This document shows, piece after piece, positions 52,305 to 61,366 of a stretch of 64,000 nt of DNA. Origin of the DNA: Candidatus Parcubacteria bacterium (GTDB taxonomy: Bacteria; Patescibacteriota; Patescibacteriia; Patescibacteriales; UBA12075). Under the pieces are notes generated by a model that saw only the letters and a list, made by a program, of their open reading frames with translations, made no database searches and was not told the DNA's origin. The stretch covers positions 106,537-170,536 of the forward strand of contig CAWFCE010000002.1 in the NCBI GenBank assembly GCA_963814275.1, read 5' to 3'. The translations under genes and the position numbers were made by a program. Within the stretch, counting starts at the first letter, position 1; each line of letters begins with the position of its first letter.

Positions 52305-54446
52305 CTAAGATCTTAGCAAAACTCTGACTAGTTTCAGTTCGTCATATGTGTATTTTTCACCGAGATGCTCGAATACCGGTTTCAGCCTTTCGTCGCCGCA
52401 GGCCGCGAAGGCGGCTTTCATCGCTTCGTAGCGGTCGCGGGGCAGTTTGAGATAATCCAGGTCCAGCTTTTCGCCGGCGTCGATCAGTTTTTCTATATGA
52501 TTAATGACCGTGGACGGCTGGAGATCCTGGTGTTTGGCGATCTTTTCGATCGGGATCTTCTTGTTTATGAGCTCCCTGGTTTTGGTGTTGAAATTCCTTG
52601 TTCTGACTTTTATCCGTTTGATCTCTTTCACGCCCTTTTCCGGGCGGGCTGGCGGTTCGATGCCATTCTTCCGGACAAATTCGTTTATTTCTGCTAAAAA
52701 TATTTTCCCGTACTTATCCAGCTTAGCCGCGCCGACGCCGGAAATAAGGCTGAAATCCTTCGGCTCACGCGGAAAATAATAGGCCATTTCCCGCAGACTG
52801 GTATCACCGAAGACCACGAACGGCGGTACTCCGGCTTTTTCGGCGATCTGTTTGCGGAGCTCGCGCAGCCTGGCGAACATATCTTTGTCAAAATCAAGTT
52901 CGCCTTTCGCCGGCGCCGCATCCAGCTTGATGTCGGCACCCGGCTTGGCCAATTCCAGGTTCTCTGCTGAATTCAACCAGGCCGCCCCTGGGCGGCTCAG
53001 ACTCAGTACCGGATATTCACCGGCGCTTTTCGCGAGCAAACCGCGGTCCAGGAGCTGTTTCATGATCTGACCCAGCTCATCGGCGGAAAAATCATCCACT
53101 ATTCCGAATACCGACAGTCCGTCATGCTTGTTCATCTGGACCTTTTGCGTGTTTTTGCCGAGCAGGACATCAATAATATAATTGCGCCCAAAGCGGCTGC
53201 CGGTCTTCAGTATCGCGGACATGATCTTTCGCGCCACCACGCTCGCGTCGAACATTTCCCGGTCGGTCAGGCAGATATCGCAAGCCCCGCAGTTGTCGCG
53301 ATCCAGCTCCTCGCCGAAATATTTCAAGAGATATTTCTTGCGGCAGCTCGACAGCTCGGCGAATTCCAGTACTTCGGCCAGTTTTTCCTGGGCTTTTTCG
53401 CGCAAAGTATCATTCTCCATCTGATTGATGAAATATTCATGCTTGCGGGTATCCGCGTAAGTATAGAACATCACGCAGTCGCTTCGGAGTCCGTCGCGGC
53501 CGGCGCGTCCGATCTCCTGATAATAGCCCTCCAGGGTCTTGGGGAAAGTATAGTGCACCACCAGGCGCACATCCGGCTTGTCAATGCCCATGCCGAAGGC
53601 GATCGTCGCCACGATGATGTCGGTCCGGTCGCCGGTGAAGCCGTCCTGCACCGCTTTCCGTGTCGCCGGATCAAGGCCGGCATGATAAGCGGCCGCGTTG
53701 AAACCGTTCAGGCGCAAATTGTCCGCGATCTCCTCGGTCTCCTTGCGGGAGAAGCAATAGACGATCGCCGATTCCTGCCGGTAGTCCTCCAGCAGCCAGA
53801 CCAGCTTGGGGAAGGCCTTTTTCTTGTCCACGACCCGGATATGCAGGTTCTCGCGGTCAAAGCCGGATACGAACGGCCGGGCGCGGGGGATATTCAGATG
53901 ATGCAATATGTCCTGGCGCACTTTGGCCGTGGCCGTGGCGGTCAGCGCGATCAGCGGCACACCGGGAAAAAGCTTTTTCAATATGCCCAGATTGCGGTAA
54001 TCCGGCCGGAAGTCATGCCCCCATTCAGAGATGCAATGCGCTTCATCCACGGCGACCAGGCTCACATTGATACCGGCCATAAATTCCCGGAAGCCAGTGG
54101 CAGCGAAGCGTTCGGGCGCGATATACAATAATTTTGTCCGGCCGGCCCGCGCCCGCTCCATGCACCGTTCGATCTCCGCGCCGCCCAAACTGGAATTGAT
54201 GAATTCCGCCGCAATGCCGTTGGCCTGCAGGCTGTCCACCTGGTCCTTCATGAGGGCGATCAGGGGCGAGATTACCAGGGTCAGGCCGGGCAGCTTGAGC
54301 GCCGGCAACTGGAAGCACAGGGACTTGCCGCCGCCGGTCGGCATCAGTACGAAAGTATCGCTGCCCGCGAGTACGTTAGTGATAATCTCCGCCTGCAGCG
54401 GCCGGAAATTGTCATAACCGAAATATTTTTTCAATAGTCCCTCCAT
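52305..54446 (-). CDS. recQ: ATP-dependent DNA helicase RecQ
   Basis: PTGGGKS, DEAHCISEWGHDFRPDY, RQC zinc Cys cluster, HRDC region, plus an extra C-terminal HTH-like tail. Confidence 0.95.
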   Translation of the reverse strand: MEGLLKKYFGYDNFRPLQAEIITNVLAGSDTFVLMPTGGGKSLCFQLPALKLPGLTLVISPLIALMKDQVDSLQANGIAAEFINSSLGGAEIERCMERARAGRTKLLYIAPERFAATGFREFMAGINVSLVAVDEAHCISEWGHDFRPDYRNLGILKKLFPGVPLIALTATATAKVRQDILHHLNIPRARPFVSGFDRENLHIRVVDKKKAFPKLVWLLEDYRQESAIVYCFSRKETEEIADNLRLNGFNAAAYHAGLDPATRKAVQDGFTGDRTDIIVATIAFGMGIDKPDVRLVVHYTFPKTLEGYYQEIGRAGRDGLRSDCVMFYTYADTRKHEYFINQMENDTLREKAQEKLAEVLEFAELSSCRKKYLLKYFGEELDRDNCGACDICLTDREMFDASVVARKIMSAILKTGSRFGRNYIIDVLLGKNTQKVQMNKHDGLSVFGIVDDFSADELGQIMKQLLDRGLLAKSAGEYPVLSLSRPGAAWLNSAENLELAKPGADIKLDAAPAKGELDFDKDMFARLRELRKQIAEKAGVPPFVVFGDTSLREMAYYFPREPKDFSLISGVGAAKLDKYGKIFLAEINEFVRKNGIEPPARPEKGVKEIKRIKVRTRNFNTKTRELINKKIPIEKIAKHQDLQPSTVINHIEKLIDAGEKLDLDYLKLPRDRYEAMKAAFAACGDERLKPVFEHLGEKYTYDELKLVRVLLRS

Positions 54447-54695
54447 AAATATTTATAAAAATTAACTATCCACAATTAATATTATTATACACGAACAAAA
54501 AACGAAAGTCAAATAATCCATATAACGCTGGGCGTATATATTATTTTTGTTCGATTCTCAAGGGCGGGAACTTATACTCAATCTAGAATTTTTTTCTGCT
54601 TGGAGATATAATATTTAATAGCAATTGAAGACTTTATTCGCGGGTAAATTCCGTGATAGTCCCACAATACAGTATTAAATTTTTATAAATAGCAC

Positions 54696-55292
54696 ATGTC
54701 CGACATTATCACCTCCTCTTCGCCTGCCTACGCCCTGATATTTAGCACCGTTTTTTGTTTTTGGGTTGCTTTTGAATTGTGGGTATTTTCCCGCGATCGC
54801 AAGGCCAAATTAAAAAATACGCCCAACCAGGGCAGCGGGCGGTGGGTCATCCTTGCGCTGGTGGCCGGCATCGGGCTCGGTTTCAATCTGCCCAATACCG
54901 CTCCGCAATTCGCTATTCGATACTATCCGGTTATTATGTTCTGTCTCGGCCTGGCATTGGTTGGTGCCGGTATCCTCTTTCGTTTCTGGGCGATCCGGAC
55001 ACTTGGCGAATTTTTTCGCACGAAAATAATCATCCAGCAGGAACACCGGCTGATCACCGCCGGACCGTACCGGTATCTTCGCCACCCTTCCTATACCGGC
55101 ACGCTGGTTACGCTGATCGGTTTCGGGCTGGCGATCGGCAACTGGCTCAGTCTCTTCGTGCTGCTTACGGCCGGCCTGGCCGCTTACGCCTGGCGCGTCA
55201 GAGTCGAGGAGCAGGTGCTGCGCGAACGCTTCGGCCCAGCCTTCGATGATTACCGCCAAAGAACCTGGGCGCTCATTCCTTTTGTCTGGTAA
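54696..55292 (+). CDS. Isoprenylcysteine carboxyl methyltransferase (ICMT/PEMT-like) family membrane protein
   Basis: LITAGPYRYLRHPSYTGTL motif; multi-TM. Confidence 0.78.
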   Translation: MSDIITSSSPAYALIFSTVFCFWVAFELWVFSRDRKAKLKNTPNQGSGRWVILALVAGIGLGFNLPNTAPQFAIRYYPVIMFCLGLALVGAGILFRFWAIRTLGEFFRTKIIIQQEHRLITAGPYRYLRHPSYTGTLVTLIGFGLAIGNWLSLFVLLTAGLAAYAWRVRVEEQVLRERFGPAFDDYRQRTWALIPFVW

Positions 55293-55330
55293 CGGTTAAT
55301 TACTAAATAAAACAAGTAAAGCATATTATA

Positions 55331-55364
55331 AAATCCGCCCCGGAATATACCGGGGCGGATTTTT
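55331..55364. terminator. Bidirectional terminator
   Basis: aaatccgccccgg-aatata-ccggggcggattt. Confidence 0.7.
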
Positions 55365-55380
55365 AATATATAAAATTTAT

Positions 55381-55950
55381 CTACATCGGTAAAATCCTTT
55401 TTTTGTAAACTTCATTGAGGATCTCCGCTGCCGCCAGATAGATCGCCGACAGGCCGCAGATGATCCCCTCGTAGCCGGCCAGATGGGTGATAGCCGCGCT
55501 GCCGGTGATATCGCCCAAAGCCAGGAGCACGAACAGTACGGCGAGCGAGCCGAACACGATTTGCAGGCCTTTGCCGAGTTTCAGGGTAGCGATGAACATT
55601 ATCGCGGTAAAGAGCCCCCAGACCAGAAGATAGGCGGCCATGGCGCTTGACTCGGTGGCGCTGGCCCAGCCCAGGCCCGGCATCACGATGATCCCGACTA
55701 GGGTAAGCCAGAACAGGCCGTAGGAGATAAAAGCGGTCATGCCGAAAGTGTTTTCCTTGCGCCATTCCATTATCCCGGCGATGATCTGGGCGATGCCGCC
55801 GTAAAAGATCCCCATCGCCAGGATCATCCCGCCCATGGAGAAGAAACTGGCGTTGTGCATATTAAGAAGCACGGTGGTCATACCGAACCCTAAGAGCCCC
55901 AAGGGCGCCGGATTGGCGGAATTGATAATTTTCGTTTTCGCTTCAGCCAT
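55381..55950 (-). CDS. Acetate uptake transporter family protein (GPR1/FUN34/YaaH)
   Basis: [22 protein letters not shown] signature; six TM segments. Confidence 0.85.
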   Translation of the reverse strand: MAEAKTKIINSANPAPLGLLGFGMTTVLLNMHNASFFSMGGMILAMGIFYGGIAQIIAGIMEWRKENTFGMTAFISYGLFWLTLVGIIVMPGLGWASATESSAMAAYLLVWGLFTAIMFIATLKLGKGLQIVFGSLAVLFVLLALGDITGSAAITHLAGYEGIICGLSAIYLAAAEILNEVYKKRILPM

Positions 55951-55971
55951 AATGTTAAAACAAAATAATTA

Positions 55972-56445
55972 TTAATTGTTTTTTTCAAAATCGATTAATA
56001 TTTCTAAATATTGATTTTGTAAATCTTCAGGAATTTGAGAATTTTTTAAACGCGATATTTCACCATGATTGCTAATTATTTTATTGATTATATCAAAATA
56101 AAATCCTTCGAGACTGGCAATAAATAAATATGATGGATTCCAGGATTCACTCATTCGTTGTGCATATTTTAATATAAATTTAGAATTTATTTCGCGCATA
56201 TATTTTACTTCGATAAGTTTCACCTCTTTCGTCTTTTGATTAATCACCGCAAAGTCCGGTGCAGTTCTCAATGTTTCTAGAGTTACATTTTTATCGTCGT
56301 ATCCTTGCTGAACCAATTCGGGAATTACTTTTTCGTAGCCGAATTCCAAAACTGTATATGTTTTAGTTTCACGTAACATCTGCGCGAATATGGTTTCAGC
56401 GATTTTTCCTTTAACTAAATTTTTGGCAAATACTATATTGCTCAT
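55972..56445 (-). CDS. Hypothetical protein with a PD-(D/E)xK nuclease-like motif
   Basis: APDFAVINQKTKEVKLIEVKY (D ... E-x-K spacing); AT-rich. Confidence 0.45.
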   Translation of the reverse strand: MSNIVFAKNLVKGKIAETIFAQMLRETKTYTVLEFGYEKVIPELVQQGYDDKNVTLETLRTAPDFAVINQKTKEVKLIEVKYMREINSKFILKYAQRMSESWNPSYLFIASLEGFYFDIINKIISNHGEISRLKNSQIPEDLQNQYLEILIDFEKNN

Positions 56446-56559
56446 ACATTTATCAATTATTCTAATTATATTTTACCCTATTTTTAACTATTTTTAAAGC
56501 TACCTTTGTCTAATATTTTTGTGATATAATAAAACATAATTAATTCTTAAATATAATAT

Positions 56560-57435
56560 ATGACCAATCCCAAGATCGGATTTATCGGCGTCGGCACTAT
56601 GGGCCGGGGCATGATCAATAACCTTAAAAAAACATACGACGTCACTGTTTACAACCGTACCCGGGCGCGGGCCGAGGCGCTCGGCGGCGTCAGCGTGGCC
56701 GGCTCGCCGGGAGAGGCGGCGGCGGCAGCGGATATAATCTTCACCTGCGTCTCGAACGATACCGCCTTGACAGAGGTATTGTTCGGGGACAAAGGAATTT
56801 TTAGCGTCGAGCTCAAAGGCAAAACGCTTGTCGACTCCTCCACCACCTCGCTGGAACTGACGGAAAAAATCAAAAAGCAGGCGGACGGGAAAGGCGCGAA
56901 ATTCCTGGATGCGCCTATCACCGGCTCCAAGCTGGGCGCCGAAGGCGGGACGATGATGTTCATGGTCGGTGGCGAAAAAAATATTTTTGATGGACTTCTG
57001 CCTGTACTCGAGACCATGGGCAAACGGTTCGTCTACTGCGGCGAGAGCGGCAATGGCCAGCGAGCCAAACACGCGCTCAACCTGACGATGTCGATGATCC
57101 TCGAAAGCTACCTCGAGGGTATGGCCTTGGGGATCAAGCATGGCGTACCGGCGGACGCAATGCAGGAAATTCTCGATAATTCCGGCGCCCAAAACGCTGT
57201 CGCCACTTTCAAGATGCCTTACATCAAAAAACGCGATTTCGACCAACACTTCATGCTCAAGCTCATGCACAAGGATCTGAAGCTCGCCGAGGCTGACCGC
57301 CGCGCGCTCGGGCTCTACGCGCCCCTGTCCGACGCGATCACGGGAGTATTCGGCAAAGCGCTCCCGCGCGGCGACGAAGATATCGCGACCATCGCTAAGA
57401 CCCTGGAGCAGAAAAACGATATCTCTTTTTCCTGA
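56560..57435 (+). CDS. NAD(P)-dependent oxidoreductase (3-hydroxyisobutyrate/6-phosphogluconate dehydrogenase-like)
   Basis: KIGFIGVGTMGRGM Rossmann motif and the family's length. Confidence 0.88.
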   Translation: MTNPKIGFIGVGTMGRGMINNLKKTYDVTVYNRTRARAEALGGVSVAGSPGEAAAAADIIFTCVSNDTALTEVLFGDKGIFSVELKGKTLVDSSTTSLELTEKIKKQADGKGAKFLDAPITGSKLGAEGGTMMFMVGGEKNIFDGLLPVLETMGKRFVYCGESGNGQRAKHALNLTMSMILESYLEGMALGIKHGVPADAMQEILDNSGAQNAVATFKMPYIKKRDFDQHFMLKLMHKDLKLAEADRRALGLYAPLSDAITGVFGKALPRGDEDIATIAKTLEQKNDISFS

Positions 57436-57507
57436 CATTTGTTACCATTATACATTTTAGAAATGAATAAGCCGGTTCTGGTGACAACACCTGAACCGGC
57501 TTTGTAA

Positions 57508-58722
57508 TTATTTGCTTTTTTTAAGTTTCTTTTCCGCTCCCATCACCAAGCCTTTCTCCGGATATTTCTCAATATTGTAGAAATACGGTCCAACCTGTAC
57601 TAATTTCGGATAATACTCTATGTGTCCCTTGCCTGGCGGTCGTCGCCAATGGCCTTCGCGGTAGCCGAACCCCAGCTCTTTTACCACCCGAATAATATCT
57701 TTGTCATGGGTCGTTTCTTTAAGGATCTTATCGATAATCACTCTCTGATCGGGACGAAAGTCATAGCTACTGCCGACAAAACAAACCAAAGCCGCATCCG
57801 TAATCACCCGGGCCACCGGTTTTTTTACCGCCTGTGCCTTGCTTGTCTTTCTCTCCCAATCGCTTACCGCCTTTTTCCGGGGCGGCAAGGTCTTCAGATA
57901 AAAACACATACCGGCCACGATGCGCAGGGCCCGGTCAATCACGTATTTATCGGATTCGCGATAATAGGTATTCTCACCGGAACAGCTGTATTTCCGCCAA
58001 TCAAGCCCGAAGCTAGCCTCCCCCACATTATCCATATTGGAAGTAAGCGGTAAGTCCAGTATTTTTTCCTTGATAAAAGGAAAATTCATCGTCAGATTAT
58101 ATGGCCGCTTCCTGTTGAGCTCACCCATTTCTTCGTATATTCTCTCCGCCTGTTTCCATTTTTTCTTTTGCGCAAATCTTTTTAGCTCTGTGAGTTTCGG
58201 CGACATGACATAAATGAAATCGCCGGTACGACGGGAAATCAATCGAATCTCCGATAACTTGATATCAACTCCGGGAATTATCGAAGTGGACACCAGTATA
58301 AAATCATAATTTCCGTCAATCGGCGTCTCGAGCTGTATGCCGAACGAATCGAATGGCAGCTGAATATCGCGCCAAGTTAGGTCCTCCAGGTTGGTGAATA
58401 CAAGCATCAGCTGGACAGTTTTGGATAAAGCGTATACCCGCCGTGATTGTCCGGTCCAGGAATTAAGCGCATGGGGCACCAATTGCCAAGTGTAGAGCTG
58501 GCCGGCCAAAGTCGAACCGTCGACGAACCTCGTCGCATGTCCCCTATTCATCGGCCGGCCCTGGTGGTCGATCAAAAATTGCCGGAATGATCCGCAGAAT
58601 TCAAACGGACCGCCCGGACTGGCTTTATTGTTTTGATTAACAATCTGGTAATGGTATTTTACGGTAGAACAAACCAACTCCCAGGCCCTGAGCAGCTCCT
58701 CCAGTCTGATAATCTTCTTCAT
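57508..58722 (-). CDS. Hypothetical 404-aa protein
   Basis: Long clean ORF with no family I recognise. The C-terminus contains REGHWRRPPGKGH. Confidence 0.65.
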   Translation of the reverse strand: MKKIIRLEELLRAWELVCSTVKYHYQIVNQNNKASPGGPFEFCGSFRQFLIDHQGRPMNRGHATRFVDGSTLAGQLYTWQLVPHALNSWTGQSRRVYALSKTVQLMLVFTNLEDLTWRDIQLPFDSFGIQLETPIDGNYDFILVSTSIIPGVDIKLSEIRLISRRTGDFIYVMSPKLTELKRFAQKKKWKQAERIYEEMGELNRKRPYNLTMNFPFIKEKILDLPLTSNMDNVGEASFGLDWRKYSCSGENTYYRESDKYVIDRALRIVAGMCFYLKTLPPRKKAVSDWERKTSKAQAVKKPVARVITDAALVCFVGSSYDFRPDQRVIIDKILKETTHDKDIIRVVKELGFGYREGHWRRPPGKGHIEYYPKLVQVGPYFYNIEKYPEKGLVMGAEKKLKKSK

Positions 58723-58761
58723 GGCTTCCTCCTTATGATATTTATATTTTGAAAGACCGGT

Positions 58762-59103
58762 TTATTCGAATAATTGATTATCGGTATTGTCGTTTATTTC
58801 CGGCAAAAGCTGCTTCTCTTCACCGTTCTTAACCAAAATACCGATTCCCTTTGGATTAGTATCGGATCGTTTGCTCATGCCGTTGCTTACAAGCAAGGAA
58901 GCGATCTTCCTTTCCGGCAATTCGAAGCCGAGGTCGTTTGACTTGAATTTCTTTATAAAAAATTCCTCGCCGTTTTTCGCGACCAAGCGGTATCCATCAG
59001 AATGATAACCGCAGCCGACTGACTCATGATCTACCAGCTCAATATTTCGTCCCAGCTTTTCAGTTAATATTTTTGAAACTTTATTTAAATTCAAATTTTT
59101 CAT
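58762..59103 (-). CDS. Small protein resembling only the N-lobe of an APH/fructosamine-kinase-type phosphotransferase
   Basis: GCGYHSDGYRLVAKNGEEFFIKKF resembles the Gly-loop plus the beta3 Lys region. At 113 aa it lacks a catalytic lobe. Confidence 0.45.
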   Translation of the reverse strand: MKNLNLNKVSKILTEKLGRNIELVDHESVGCGYHSDGYRLVAKNGEEFFIKKFKSNDLGFELPERKIASLLVSNGMSKRSDTNPKGIGILVKNGEEKQLLPEINDNTDNQLFE

Positions 59104-59333
59104 AATTTATTATTATAAATATATAATAATAGTTTGTCAAATTATTTTTACTGATAATTTATCTTCGTTCGTTAAAACCATTCTCTAATATATAAAAAAA
59201 TGTTAAAATACAAGCAATACGAATTACGATTTCGCACTAATAAACGAATTTACTTGTATATATTATTGTTACATTCTAGATAAATAATCGTTGTATAAGT
59301 CATGCGAGATTAATTATAATATATCTCATAATT

Positions 59334-60380
59334 ATGGAATTCTTAAACAAGTACGACCTGACCCCGAAAAAAATCTTGACCATCGCCGGATTGGCTCTGG
59401 TCGGAATTATCGTGGTGGCCTTTGCCGTTAAGCTGATCGGCTCATCGTTCGGGCCGATTTTGAGAAAAAGCCAAAATGAAACTATCAGCGCCTTGGGCTT
59501 GGCCGGCTATAGCGCCGATTCCGCCAAAAGCATGGCTGTTGCCGGAGGCGCCATGCCCGAATTGTCCGCCCGTAATATCGCGCCGATGCCGCCGATCGAT
59601 AACGGCGGCACGACCGGCGACACCGCCGAGCGGTTCGAAGTGACCAGCTACAACAGTACGGTCGAAACCCGCAATCTCGACAAAACCTGCGCCGCGATTG
59701 CCGGCCTCAAACCGAAGGATTACGTGATCTTCGAAAACGCGAATGAATATGACCACGGCTGCAACTACACCTTCAAAGTGGAGCGCGACCACGCGCCGGA
59801 AATCCTGGCGGTCGTCAACGGGCTCAACCCCAAGGAACTGGTGGAAAACACCCATACGATCAAGAAGCAGGTCGACGATTACACCAGCGAGATCGATATT
59901 CTCCTGAAAAAAAAGGAAACGATCGAAGATACTCTGGATAACGCGATCAGCGACTATGACGAGATCAGCAAACTGGCGACCCAGACGCGCGACGCGGAAA
60001 CGCTGGCCAAGATCATCGATTCCAAGATCCGCATCATCGAAAGCCTGACCAACCAGCGCATCAGCGTCGCCGACCAGCTGGACCGGTTAGCGCGGGCCAA
60101 AGCGGATGAACTGGACAAGGTCGACTATACTTATTTTTACATCAATATTTACGAGAACAAATTCATTGACTTCGAAAATCTGGCGGATTCCTGGAAAGCG
60201 GCAATCAAGAAATTCGTCCTGGACACGAATAATATCATCCAGGAATTGAGCGTCGGGCTGATAACGGTGATCTTCATGATCGTGCAATACGCGATCTACC
60301 TCCTCCTGATAATACTGGCAGCCAAATACGGCTGGCGTCTGGTGAAACGGATATGGACAGGTAAAACAAATGCGGAATAG
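59334..60380 (+). CDS. DUF4349-like membrane-anchored protein
   Basis: N-terminal TM segment, a central coiled-coil-like region and C-terminal TM pair. The family assignment is from memory. Confidence 0.55.
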   Translation: MEFLNKYDLTPKKILTIAGLALVGIIVVAFAVKLIGSSFGPILRKSQNETISALGLAGYSADSAKSMAVAGGAMPELSARNIAPMPPIDNGGTTGDTAERFEVTSYNSTVETRNLDKTCAAIAGLKPKDYVIFENANEYDHGCNYTFKVERDHAPEILAVVNGLNPKELVENTHTIKKQVDDYTSEIDILLKKKETIEDTLDNAISDYDEISKLATQTRDAETLAKIIDSKIRIIESLTNQRISVADQLDRLARAKADELDKVDYTYFYINIYENKFIDFENLADSWKAAIKKFVLDTNNIIQELSVGLITVIFMIVQYAIYLLLIILAAKYGWRLVKRIWTGKTNAE

Positions 60381-60400
60381 ATAAAACAATAACCGGCAAC

Positions 60401-60430
60401 AAAACCGCCCCGATTCTCGGGGCGGTTTTT
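60401..60430. terminator. Bidirectional terminator
   Basis: aaaaccgccccg-attct-cggggcggtttttt. Confidence 0.7.
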
Positions 60431-60518
60431 TATTACTGAACCATGTTTTTAGCCGTATTTCGCTCTACCGAAAATCGTGTATCGATAGCGAAATGAAATT
60501 ATGCCTTGATCTCGCATA

Positions 60519-61256
60519 TTAACCGATAAGCAGCAACAAATACATAAATATTATACCGAAGGCAAAGGAGAAAAAGTGGATGCCATTCAGGCAAATATTA
60601 TCCGAGTGCTTAACTTCCGGGATCAGGTCGGAGGCGGCGATATAGAGAAAATTCCCGGCCGCAAAAGGCAGGAGATACACCACTTCGATCTTACCCGCCA
60701 ATAACCACGCCAGGAGCCCGCCCGCGACCATTGTCAGTCCGGATAAAAAATTAAAAAGCAGGGCACGAACCTTATCCCAGCCGCCATGCACAAGGATGCC
60801 GAAATCACCCAATTCCTGGGGGATTTCGTGCATCGCTACCGCCAAGGAAGTAATCAGGCCGAGATGGATATCAACCACGAAGGCGCTGCCGACCGCCAGA
60901 CCATCGAGAAAATTATGAAGCCCGTCGGAAAACAGCACCAGGTAGGTGACCGGGTGCTTGTGTTCCGAGGGCGCGCGGTGGCAATGATGCCAATGGATGA
61001 ACTGCTCCAAAAGGAAAAACAGGGCAAAACCGATAATTACCCAGGTAAAAACCGTGATATGGTCCCCGATCTTATTGATCGCTTCGGGAATCAGATGCAA
61101 AAGAGCGCCGCCCAAAAGCGAACCGGCGGAAAAGGAAACAAGCGGAAATATGAATTTCCTGAACATTTCCTCACGGAAAAACAAAGCGACTACCCCGATC
61201 AGGGATATGGCGCTCAAAACAATAGTACTTAAAATTATCCAGATTAAAGTGGGCAT
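60519..61256 (-). CDS. ZIP family metal transporter
   Basis: HEIPQELGDFGIL and HNFLDGLAVG motifs; eight TM segments. Confidence 0.88.
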   Translation of the reverse strand: MPTLIWIILSTIVLSAISLIGVVALFFREEMFRKFIFPLVSFSAGSLLGGALLHLIPEAINKIGDHITVFTWVIIGFALFFLLEQFIHWHHCHRAPSEHKHPVTYLVLFSDGLHNFLDGLAVGSAFVVDIHLGLITSLAVAMHEIPQELGDFGILVHGGWDKVRALLFNFLSGLTMVAGGLLAWLLAGKIEVVYLLPFAAGNFLYIAASDLIPEVKHSDNICLNGIHFFSFAFGIIFMYLLLLIG

Positions 61257-61366
61257 ATATTTAAGTTAATAATACGTAATACCGGGCATGATTGTCAAAT
61301 ATATGGATTATCGCACTTCGGTTTACAACCAAGTATATATTTAATACAATATGAATATAACAATTC

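Noticed and set aside
53124-54131. 335-aa plus-strand ORF
   Set aside because: It is the antisense shadow of recQ.
56500-57438. 312-aa minus-strand ORF
   Set aside because: It is the antisense shadow of the oxidoreductase gene, which has a clear Rossmann motif on the + strand. The shadow ORF has Arg/Gly/Asp-rich composition typical of antisense frames.
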